Below are positions 7,791-14,803 of a stretch of 24,000 nt of DNA, piece by piece (position 1 is the first letter of the stretch; the number at the start of each line of letters is the position of its first letter). Source of the DNA: Candidatus Heimdallarchaeota archaeon (GTDB taxonomy: Archaea > Asgardarchaeota > Heimdallarchaeia > Heimdallarchaeales > Heimdallarchaeaceae); the NCBI GenBank assembly GCA_016840095.1, contig JAEOSZ010000099.1, positions 3,475 through 27,474 on the forward strand, read 5' to 3'. The notes beneath the pieces were generated by a model. That model had not been told where the DNA came from. It saw only the letters and a program-made list of their open reading frames with translations, and made no database searches. Both the position numbers and the translations under genes were made by a program.

Positions 7791-9691
7791 TTATTCACCC
7801 TCACCTTTTTCTTTACTTCAGCTACTTTTCCTGATGTCATTTTGTTCATGTCTAATCCAGATACCAATGCTCTTGCAGTTGCTATTACTTTATTCTCATG
7901 AATGACGAATATTTCATCCTCAGGTAGGATGTGTTTATCTGCACTCAAACACCCTGGAGCATAGATATTACTTCCAGACGCATAATTTGCTCCAAATTGG
8001 AGTTTGTTTAAGGAGATTTCGGCAATGTCTTCAACATAGGCTGGAAAAATTGATAGAAAGCCTGAAGATGCGTGAATTGTACCAATATGTTGTCCTTCTC
8101 TAAAAATTTGGGGACTTTTTGGGTATTTTCCTTTTAATTTTATTTTATCTGGGAAAAGGGTTTTTCCTGTTCCTAGACCAAACTGAAAGTCAGCAATCGC
8201 TCTTAATTTCTTAACATTTGAGTTTATTCTTTCTAATGGTTCAGAGAGAAATTGTGCTTGAGTAGAAACTAGAATATCTGCTAGTTCCTTTAATGATTCA
8301 TGACTTGTGGTTGGAGCTCTATGAGCAGTATCAATAACCTTCAAAGATATACTCTTTCTTACTCTTTCAACAATGTCTTCATAGCCATGACCATGAAGGT
8401 GATTAATAACTATGCTATCTTTATAGTAGTGAGAAAGTACTTCTTTGAGAAGATTCGTAGTAATCTCGATTTCTTTTTCTGACCAGTTTCCAGCTACAGG
8501 AATATCATAAAATCTTGCTGGATATATATTTTCAAGTTCTCTAGGAACTACTGATAAGGGTGAAGTAATAATCAGCTCTGATAAGATGGAAAAAACGCTG
8601 GAACCAGCTTTCTTTATTGCATTTCTATACATTAAATGTGATCGTGAAAAAGAATACGGTTTTCTTGCAGAACAAGGGAGCAATAATACTATTCTAGAAT
8701 TTGAATGAGGTCTAAATCTTTCCTTGATTCGGCTTCTAAATTCAGAAATTACTGGTCTACACAAAGATTCTTCTCCTACACACTTAACAGGAGCGGAAGA
8801 ATTTAGTGGTGTTCTCTTTCTGAAGAGATCACCATAGTTTGTGTCTAAGTGTCTAAGAGTTGCAGCAAATGTTACGTTCTTATGAATATCTTGTTCTACA
8901 ATAGTTCTTAGTGTGCCACTATTAAGAGCAAAATTTACTCGAGCAATGGCATTTTTCATTATCTGTTCATTGTGACCAAAAATGTTTTGTGGAGTTGAAG
9001 AACAATAAGAACAGTAACAGGAGGGATGATTATCTAATGAGAAAGCTCCATCCTCTGTAAGAAAGAATCCATTTTTTGAGATTTTATAAGCAAATGAATT
9101 GTCAAAAAAATCTATTCCAATATAAGTAAGAAAGGAATAGAGTGCTGGAGATATTGAACCTGGTAGATAAAGCCCTATATCTGGAGACAACTTGTTTCTC
9201 AGTTTTGTCATTCTTTCTGCTAATTTTCGTTGATTTGTAAACAGTTTCTTCAAATCATTGAGCACTATCAAAGAACAATCTGTTTCAAGTATCTCGTCAA
9301 TTTTGTTGGATTCATAGTAATCTATAGGTAGAACCAAAATCTGTTTTTCTAGATTTGGTAACAATAAGAAATTCTCTAAATATGATTCATAATCTTTTTT
9401 TGATATTTGCTCAGGAGCATATGATGGATAATAGGGTTGTAAGGATAGTTGATTTGATTCAAACAGTATTTTTTCCTTTTTTGAGTCTGGAATATTCCAA
9501 ACAAAGTTTAAGTCTACTAAATCCTTTGAAGAATAATCTGGAATTAAAGGGGAATCTACATAAGCAGAATACCCATTCATTGTCTCTGGTTCTTCTATTG
9601 AAATAAGACCAGGAGATAAAGGGTAATGAGTCCGAGTCTCAGCTAAGATACGTCCAAAACCAAATTGTAGTAGTGGTTGGAAGAATCTCAT
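7787..9691 (-). CDS. arcS: Archaeosine synthase ArcS (TGT-like domain + DUF5591 + PUA)
   Basis: TGT-type Zn motif SCYCSYCSS...FGHN, DUF5591-type LLLPCSARKPYSFSRSH, and a C-terminal PUA-like segment GSNIYAPGCLSADKHILPEDEIFVIHENKVIATARALVSG. Confidence 0.8.
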   Translation of the reverse strand: MRFFQPLLQFGFGRILAETRTHYPLSPGLISIEEPETMNGYSAYVDSPLIPDYSSKDLVDLNFVWNIPDSKKEKILFESNQLSLQPYYPSYAPEQISKKDYESYLENFLLLPNLEKQILVLPIDYYESNKIDEILETDCSLIVLNDLKKLFTNQRKLAERMTKLRNKLSPDIGLYLPGSISPALYSFLTYIGIDFFDNSFAYKISKNGFFLTEDGAFSLDNHPSCYCSYCSSTPQNIFGHNEQIMKNAIARVNFALNSGTLRTIVEQDIHKNVTFAATLRHLDTNYGDLFRKRTPLNSSAPVKCVGEESLCRPVISEFRSRIKERFRPHSNSRIVLLLPCSARKPYSFSRSHLMYRNAIKKAGSSVFSILSELIITSPLSVVPRELENIYPARFYDIPVAGNWSEKEIEITTNLLKEVLSHYYKDSIVINHLHGHGYEDIVERVRKSISLKVIDTAHRAPTTSHESLKELADILVSTQAQFLSEPLERINSNVKKLRAIADFQFGLGTGKTLFPDKIKLKGKYPKSPQIFREGQHIGTIHASSGFLSIFPAYVEDIAEISLNKLQFGANYASGSNIYAPGCLSADKHILPEDEIFVIHENKVIATARALVSGLDMNKMTSGKVAEVKKKVRVNK

Positions 9692-9810
9692 TTCAATCCC
9701 AGAAGTTTTCTATGCAAAAAGGAAAGACAAACAGAATAAAAAGAAATTGGTAAATAAGAAAATAGATTTTTTATGGAGATAAACTAAAAAAGCAATATTA
9801 CAGCTATACT

Positions 9811-10968
9811 ATGAACCGAATGATTGACTACATGCTTCAAGAAATTAATGAACAACCCACTTTTCTGAAGAATCTTCTAATTACAAGTAAAGAAAAAATT
9901 TACGAGAAACTGAATCAAATCAGAGAGAAAAAGGAAATAAAAAGAATTGTTCTTACAGGATGTGGAGATTCTTTATGTGCAGCCTTAACAACAGAATACG
10001 CATTCAACAAGAAGAAATTATCAACTATGGTATTTCCTCCGATGGAAATATCGAGATACAAGTACAGGTTCTTTGATCTTTTAGATGATAAAACACTTTT
10101 AATCCCAATTTCAGTAAGTGGGAGAACTCCTAGAGTTGTAGAAAGCATCCATGCAGCAAGAAGTCGAAATTGTTCTATTTTAGCAATTACTAATAATCCA
10201 GATAGTCCAGTTGCCAAGAAATCAGATGATATCGTTTATGCAAAATCATCAAAAGTTGAATCGCTAAAAACCACTTCATATGAAGGGGAAATCAGTAGTC
10301 AGTATGTTGGATATGAACACGATGTTCCTCAGACAAAGAGCTATACTGCTGTTCAAATGGCATTGTTGCTTCTAGCAGAAAGTTTTGGAAAAGATCCGGA
10401 TTATTCAGAATTAGAATCAATACCAGATATTGTAAAAAAAACGATCGAGAATCCTATAATTAAGGAATTAGGAATCAAACATTCGAATGCGTCTAAACAC
10501 ATTTATTCAGCATCAGGACCGAATTATGGAAATGCTCTTTTTGGAGAATTTAAAATGTATGAGTTCTCACTAATAGGATTTAGTAAAGAAATAGAGGAAT
10601 ATTGTCATACTGCTTATTTCATAACAGAGAAGGGAACACCAGTAATTTTCATGGCACCAAGAGAAATAGCCTATCAAAGAGTATCAGAAATTGCACCAAT
10701 ACTTAAGAAGATTATAGAAGCAAATCCGATAGTTCTATCAGAAGAACAACCTGATTTTGATAACTCTAATTGGCTAGAAGTACCCTATGCTGGTTCTGAG
10801 GAAAATTCTGTTATTCCCTATGGAGTCGTAGCTCCACTATTTGCTTACTGGGTAGCTAAGGAAAGAGGTTTGAATGTCAATACATTCAGAGGGGGAGTTG
10901 AACAGGAAAAGTATGTAGAAGGATCTTACTATACAATAAGAAGTAGTAAGGTAAAGGATGATTACTGA
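9811..10968 (+). CDS. Double SIS-domain phosphosugar isomerase/deaminase (GlmS C-terminal-like, no glutaminase domain)
   Basis: N-terminal MLQEINEQPTFLKNLL, then VLTGCGDSLCAA and ISVSGRTPRVVESIHAARSRNCSILAITNNPDSPVA (SIS 1), followed by a second SIS-like half. Confidence 0.8.
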   Translation: MNRMIDYMLQEINEQPTFLKNLLITSKEKIYEKLNQIREKKEIKRIVLTGCGDSLCAALTTEYAFNKKKLSTMVFPPMEISRYKYRFFDLLDDKTLLIPISVSGRTPRVVESIHAARSRNCSILAITNNPDSPVAKKSDDIVYAKSSKVESLKTTSYEGEISSQYVGYEHDVPQTKSYTAVQMALLLLAESFGKDPDYSELESIPDIVKKTIENPIIKELGIKHSNASKHIYSASGPNYGNALFGEFKMYEFSLIGFSKEIEEYCHTAYFITEKGTPVIFMAPREIAYQRVSEIAPILKKIIEANPIVLSEEQPDFDNSNWLEVPYAGSEENSVIPYGVVAPLFAYWVAKERGLNVNTFRGGVEQEKYVEGSYYTIRSSKVKDDY

Positions 10969-10988
10969 ATAAATGAGATGAAGAATGT

Positions 10989-11016
10989 TGACGGGCTTGG
11001 TTGGATTTGAACCGAC
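10989..11016 (-). pseudogene. Orphan tRNA 3' fragment (T-arm plus 3' acceptor strand); no 5' half nearby
   Basis: The minus strand reads GTCGG-TTCAAAT-CCAAC-CAAGCCC-G-TCA: a canonical T-loop, a 5-bp T-stem with one C/A mismatch, and a 7-nt acceptor strand. The complementary GGGCTTG 5' strand and D/anticodon arms are absent within about 150 nt. Confidence 0.45.
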
Positions 11017-11170
11017 GGTTCGATTTTGTAGAAATATAGAATTCAGAATTTTAATGAACCATAAATTCTCCTGAGAATAGATCTACTAAAACAATTTTCT
11101 AAACCTCCACTCCTTATTCAATGAGGAAGATATTTATAAACTATCAAATCAAAAAATGGATGTATAAATA

Positions 11171-12184
11171 ATGAAGGAAAAAACACGAAAACTTGGAAGA
11201 AGTGGTATAGAGGTTAGTTCTCTCGGATTTGGTTGCTGGGCTATCGGTGGTCCTCTTTGGTATATCGTTAATGATGAGCGTCACCCATTAAGTTATGGAA
11301 CTGTAAACGATAAAGAATCGATTGAAGCTATCCATCGTGCTCTTGAGTTAGGAGTGAATTTCTTTGATACTGCTGATGCATATGGGTGTGGGCACAGTGA
11401 GCGTGTCTTAGGACAGGCAATAGAAGAACGACGTGAAGAGGTTATTATTGCAACCAAATTTGGTAATGTGTTTGATGAAGAGAGCAGGACGTGGCTAGGG
11501 CATCCTGATCCACCTATATCTGCTGAATATGTTTGGGAATGTTGTAAAGCGAGTTTAGAGAGGCTCAATACAGATTATATCGATTTATACCAGTTTCACT
11601 GGAAGGATTATGACACTGCCCTTGTAACCGATCTTCTATCAATTTTAGAGAATTTAGTAGATGAAGGAATGATCCGCTCCTACGGCTGGAGTACTCCTAA
11701 TTTAGAACAAGTTAGAGCATTTATAGAGGGACAAAATTGTACAGCAATCCAATATAATTATAACATACTGGAACGACATCCAGAGATGCTAGCTATGTGT
11801 AAAGAAAACAACCAAGCAAGCATAACTCGAGGACCTCTAGCTATGGGATTACTGACGGGAAAGTACACTCATGATTCAAGTATCCAAAAAAACGATTTAC
11901 GAGTTCATTGGAACTTAAGTAAGGGGAGACATGCAAAACAGTTGGAGCAGTTGGATTTAATTAAAGAAGTATTGACGAGAGATGGACGAACATTGGTTCA
12001 AGCAGCTATGGGTTGGCTCTGGGCTCTGGATCCGCAAATTATTCCTATCCCCGGATTCAAAACAATGAAACAGGTTGAGGAAACTGCAGGAGCACTGGAA
12101 TTTGGTTCACTAAGTCAAAAACAAATGCAAGAAATTGATAAAATATTGGAGCCCTATAAGGACGAATTGATTGTGCTCGATTGA
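11171..12184 (+). CDS. Aldo/keto reductase (Tas/YghZ-like)
   Basis: RKLGRSGIEVSSLGFGCWAIGG, FFDTADAYGCGHSERVLGQAI, IATKFG, YIDLYQFHW, PIPGFKTMKQVEE: a full AKR motif series. GC content is visibly higher than in neighbouring genes. Confidence 0.9.
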   Translation: MKEKTRKLGRSGIEVSSLGFGCWAIGGPLWYIVNDERHPLSYGTVNDKESIEAIHRALELGVNFFDTADAYGCGHSERVLGQAIEERREEVIIATKFGNVFDEESRTWLGHPDPPISAEYVWECCKASLERLNTDYIDLYQFHWKDYDTALVTDLLSILENLVDEGMIRSYGWSTPNLEQVRAFIEGQNCTAIQYNYNILERHPEMLAMCKENNQASITRGPLAMGLLTGKYTHDSSIQKNDLRVHWNLSKGRHAKQLEQLDLIKEVLTRDGRTLVQAAMGWLWALDPQIIPIPGFKTMKQVEETAGALEFGSLSQKQMQEIDKILEPYKDELIVLD

Positions 12185-12256
12185 ATTAGCGAGTGTTGTG
12201 GCATATCAATTATTTGGATCATGCTTTTCTTAGAATAAAAAGATAAAGAATGATTA

Positions 12257-13009
12257 TTAAGGAGTATTGAACTCCATATTTTCAACTTTGAATTTAATAT
12301 AATCAAAATCACCATCGGGAAGGTACCAAGTACCTACGAACTTTGTAGGAACCAAGTAATCTCCAAATTTCTTATAATCCTTATAGTACCCTCCCCATTT
12401 ATCAAAGGAAATCCCTTTTTTGATAGCTCTAGCTCTTTTACTCTCAAAACTAATCATTTCTCCTTTTTCATTAAATCTAAAAACACCATCCGCCTTGATT
12501 CCACAATCCTCAATAAAAACGCGAGCTGAAGTACTGTTTATCTCTTCCCATGTTAGGTAATCTGCAGTTAGAAATGCAGTAGGGATCATAGCTAACTCAG
12601 ATAGGAAACGAAGAAGAGCTGCTTGATCGATTTCTGGTCCTATACTCTTACCCATAGGCATTACAGAATTGAGTTTAATTTTTACTTCTCCTTTTCCTTT
12701 GAAGTAGTAATCCCTAGCAGAAATAGAAAGAATTGGAAGTGGTCTAACTATTCCTTTCCAATAGAATGCTGGTATATCAGTTAGATAATGGTAATGACCT
12801 TTTATTTTAAACCAAGGACGTTCAGGGTCAGTTTTAAAAAATCCACCATGAATCATTTTGGAATAATATATTACTTCTGTTTCCTCTTCTAAAACTAATT
12901 GAAGAAACCTTTGAACAGGTTCGGGAAAAGAATCCAAGTTCTGAAATGAAACTAATCTTCTTTGCTCATTCTTTCTATCTAAGGCAAAATTCAAGATTTC
13001 CTTTTTCAT
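12257..13009 (-). CDS. Conserved hypothetical protein (possibly DUF6544-like; weak recollection)
   Basis: 250-aa ATG ORF with no competing frame. The pattern FPEPVQRFLQLV...W..I.G.......FYWKG...ARDYYFKGKGEVKIKL...LRFLSELAMIPTAF resembles a bacterial DUF family, but this is unverified. Confidence 0.4.
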   Translation of the reverse strand: MKKEILNFALDRKNEQRRLVSFQNLDSFPEPVQRFLQLVLEEETEVIYYSKMIHGGFFKTDPERPWFKIKGHYHYLTDIPAFYWKGIVRPLPILSISARDYYFKGKGEVKIKLNSVMPMGKSIGPEIDQAALLRFLSELAMIPTAFLTADYLTWEEINSTSARVFIEDCGIKADGVFRFNEKGEMISFESKRARAIKKGISFDKWGGYYKDYKKFGDYLVPTKFVGTWYLPDGDFDYIKFKVENMEFNTP

Positions 13010-13060
13010 TTAAGTCAAGGAAAAAAATTGTTGTTAAAAAGATTTGTAAATGTAATGAAA

Positions 13061-13137
13061 TGGCGGGCTAGCCCGGATTTGAACCGGGGACCCTCAGGTT
13101 AAAAGCCTGCTGCTCTACCTAGCTGAGCCACTAGCCC
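13061..13137 (-). tRNA. tRNA-Lys: tRNA-Lys (anticodon UUU), CCA encoded
   Basis: The reverse complement folds as a cloverleaf. Acceptor GGGCTAG/CTAGCCC (7 bp), D-stem GCTC/GAGC, anticodon stem GCAGG/CCTGA (one G/A mismatch at 27:43). Loop CTTTTAA (anticodon TTT), T-arm CCCGG-TTCAAAT-CCGGG, discriminator G, then CCA. Confidence 0.95.
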
Positions 13138-13188
13138 ATTTACGTTTTCTTCTGTTTATACTCTTTTAATAAAACTTTCGTTTTGCAT

Positions 13189-13872
13189 CTATTTATTACC
13201 GAAAACCATACAGTAACTGTGATCATATCCATATCCGTAAATTCCATCACTAGTACCTGAATTGTCATCCTCCCACTTTACGATTATTTCTCCTTCAAAA
13301 TGTAGAACCTTGGAGATTTCCTTTGTTACATCCCAAGCGAGTGTTGTAACTTCTCCACTGATTTTTTTTAGATTTGCGACTTCAACAATAATTACAGAGT
13401 TAGGTTTCATTAACTGTTTTAATTGACTAAAAATGTGTACATAATCTTTCAAATACTCTTCATAACTTCCTTTTGTAGTATAAGAAGTGAATGGATTTTC
13501 GTTATCGTTTTTAGACATATATGGTGGAGATGTTAAGAAGAAGTCGCATTTTGGAAATTTATATTCCACTAATTTCTTTGCATCTCCTTTGATTATGTTT
13601 TCTTTATGTTTCAAGTTTTCTCTGATGTAATTCCATCTAGTTTCATCGTATTCTATTCCATATGGAACTCTATTCATTTCTTCTGCGACAAAAAGAGTGG
13701 TTCCCAAACCTGCAAAAATATCTAATACCAAATCTCCTTTCTCAGTGTACTCTTTTAGAAAATATTCTACAAGTGTTTCTGAAAACCTATTATCATCTCC
13801 TTCGAAACCCTTAGGCAATTTTTTCTTCTGGATTTTAGGTAATGAAATAACGGTTTTCATCTGTTCCCACAT
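13189..13872 (-). CDS. Compact SAM-dependent amino-methyltransferase (SPPY type; DNA N4C/N6A or RNA m2G class undetermined)
   Basis: Motif I VLDIFAGLGTTLFVAEEMNRVPYGIEYD sits at the N-terminus and motif IV CDFFLTSPPYMS about 55 aa later. YEEYLKDYVHIFSQLKQLMKPNSVIIVEV resembles the N6_N4 methylase core. Only 6 nt separate it from the upstream gene. Confidence 0.7.
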   Translation of the reverse strand: MWEQMKTVISLPKIQKKKLPKGFEGDDNRFSETLVEYFLKEYTEKGDLVLDIFAGLGTTLFVAEEMNRVPYGIEYDETRWNYIRENLKHKENIIKGDAKKLVEYKFPKCDFFLTSPPYMSKNDNENPFTSYTTKGSYEEYLKDYVHIFSQLKQLMKPNSVIIVEVANLKKISGEVTTLAWDVTKEISKVLHFEGEIIVKWEDDNSGTSDGIYGYGYDHSYCMVFGNK

Positions 13873-13878
13873 TCGATA

Positions 13879-14454
13879 TTAAACAAATTTAACCATATCT
13901 GTTTTAGTTAATGTTACTTTTCTTCGTGTGGCTGGAGCATTCATTAGGTGCCAAACAGAGTATTGTTCTTCGTATGGATAAGTTGCAGATATTGCATCAA
14001 CTGGTACAATTATCTCCAAACCTCTAGTTGCTGCTCCTGTAGCAGTATGAAGAACTGCGCCATTTGCTGAAGTACCCACAATAATCACTGTTTTGATTCC
14101 ATTGTCAATTAAGATTTGTTCCAATTCTGTGTTTTGGAATTTATCAACACTTGCTTTAATAATAATCTCATCCTTAGTGGGGAAGATTTCTTTTCTAATG
14201 TCATTCTTTGATGCAGCACTAGTTAAGCTATAAACAATTAGCATGTTGTTATCTCTTGCTTTGTCAAGTAACGTTTGAATATGATGCAGTTTTTGTACAC
14301 ATCTAGGTCTTCTATCTTGATTACAATTATTATTTTGAATATCTAAAACAAGTAGAGCTGTTTCTCTGAATTTCAATTGAATGCCTATTAATTCTGGAGC
14401 ACTAGGAACTTTAACTCTATCCCATTCGTCAATAATGGTTTCTTCAGAAGCCAT
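13879..14454 (-). CDS. Isochorismatase/cysteine-hydrolase family protein lacking the catalytic Cys
   Basis: ALLVLDIQNN (catalytic Asp), IIIKASVDKF (Lys), and VIIVGTSANGAVLHTATGAATRG aligning to the ...GxxTxxCVxxTA... segment, with Ala in place of Cys. Confidence 0.8.
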   Translation of the reverse strand: MASEETIIDEWDRVKVPSAPELIGIQLKFRETALLVLDIQNNNCNQDRRPRCVQKLHHIQTLLDKARDNNMLIVYSLTSAASKNDIRKEIFPTKDEIIIKASVDKFQNTELEQILIDNGIKTVIIVGTSANGAVLHTATGAATRGLEIIVPVDAISATYPYEEQYSVWHLMNAPATRRKVTLTKTDMVKFV

Positions 14455-14558
14455 AACTGTGATTTAGTTTAACACTATAAAAGATATTTGTCAAATAATC
14501 ATCTTAAATGAACAGTTAATCAAATAGAACATATCTCTTTGATTAGATATTACTGGCG

Positions 14559-14567
14559 CTTTTATAG
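14559..14567 (+). promoter_or_regulatory. TATA-like box CTTTTATAG (an identical inverted copy lies at 14475..14483 on the minus strand)
   Basis: The same 9-mer occurs in both orientations in the divergent intergenic region. The minus-strand copy ends 20 nt before ATG 14454. The plus-strand copy ends 21 nt before ATG 14589. Confidence 0.35.
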
Positions 14568-14588
14568 GTAAAAATAAGTAAGTTATTG

Positions 14589-14708
14589 ATGACTCAGGTG
14601 TTGAGAGCAGAATGTGTAGAAATAGCTTATCATCCTGTGTTAAGCAAGCTTTGTCATCAAGTTAATCTCTATAACAGAGCGAATTTCCTTGTGGTTACTC
14701 ATTTCTGA
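14589..14708 (+). CDS. Candidate leaderless small ORF (39 aa, MTQVLRAECVEIAYHPVLSKLCHQVNLYNRANFLVVTHF) or structured leader of the flavin operon
   Basis: Hand-translated ATG..TGA ORF, below the ORF-track size cut-off. Its ATG sits 21 nt after the TATA-like 9-mer. The region is about 37% GC versus lower-GC flanking spacer. It contains the 8-bp inverted repeat TTGATGAC (14586-14593) / GTCATCAA (14653-14660). Confidence 0.3.
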   Translation: MTQVLRAECVEIAYHPVLSKLCHQVNLYNRANFLVVTHF

Positions 14709-14803
14709 AGGACGTATTGAAAAATTTAAGTATCTCAATCATTTTACGTATGACAGCTCAGAAAGGTGTAAGTGTGAATATCGACGAAATCCAAGGGGAA
14801 AAC

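Noticed and set aside
10989-11100. Attempt to extend the tRNA 3' fragment into a complete or intron-containing tRNA. This included an apparent CTA anticodon loop reading (TTCTACA).
   Set aside because: No anticodon-stem pairing (TATAT versus AAATC), no D-arm, and no GGGCTTG 5' acceptor strand within about 150 nt. Only the T-arm and acceptor 3' strand are tRNA-like.
10989-13137. Simple attL/attR model in which the fragment is a duplicated 3' end of tRNA-Lys bounding an integrated element.
   Set aside because: Identity is only about 73%, with compensatory T-stem changes, so the fragment comes from a different tRNA. No integrase, excisionase or exact direct repeat is present. Only a weaker 'old rearrangement / HGT islet' interpretation is retained.
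14586-14708. C/D-box sRNA idea: a TGATGA C-box-like motif at 14587-14592, and CTGA on the minus strand next to the inverted repeat or on the plus strand at 14705-14708.
   Set aside because: The box spacing (about 60-120 nt, with no convincing D'/C' pair and guides far longer than 12 nt) does not fit archaeal C/D sRNAs. The C-box-like motif is itself part of a Watson-Crick inverted repeat rather than a k-turn.
14717-14803. TTG-initiated 29-aa N-terminal extension of the ribK/rbkR ORF (MKNLSISIILRMTAQKGVSVNIDEIQGEN).
   Set aside because: The extension has no HTH-like content, and the wHTH is complete from Met at 14804. It is kept as an alternative because the TTG lies only 8 nt after the stop of the candidate sORF. 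ATG 14750 is also possible.
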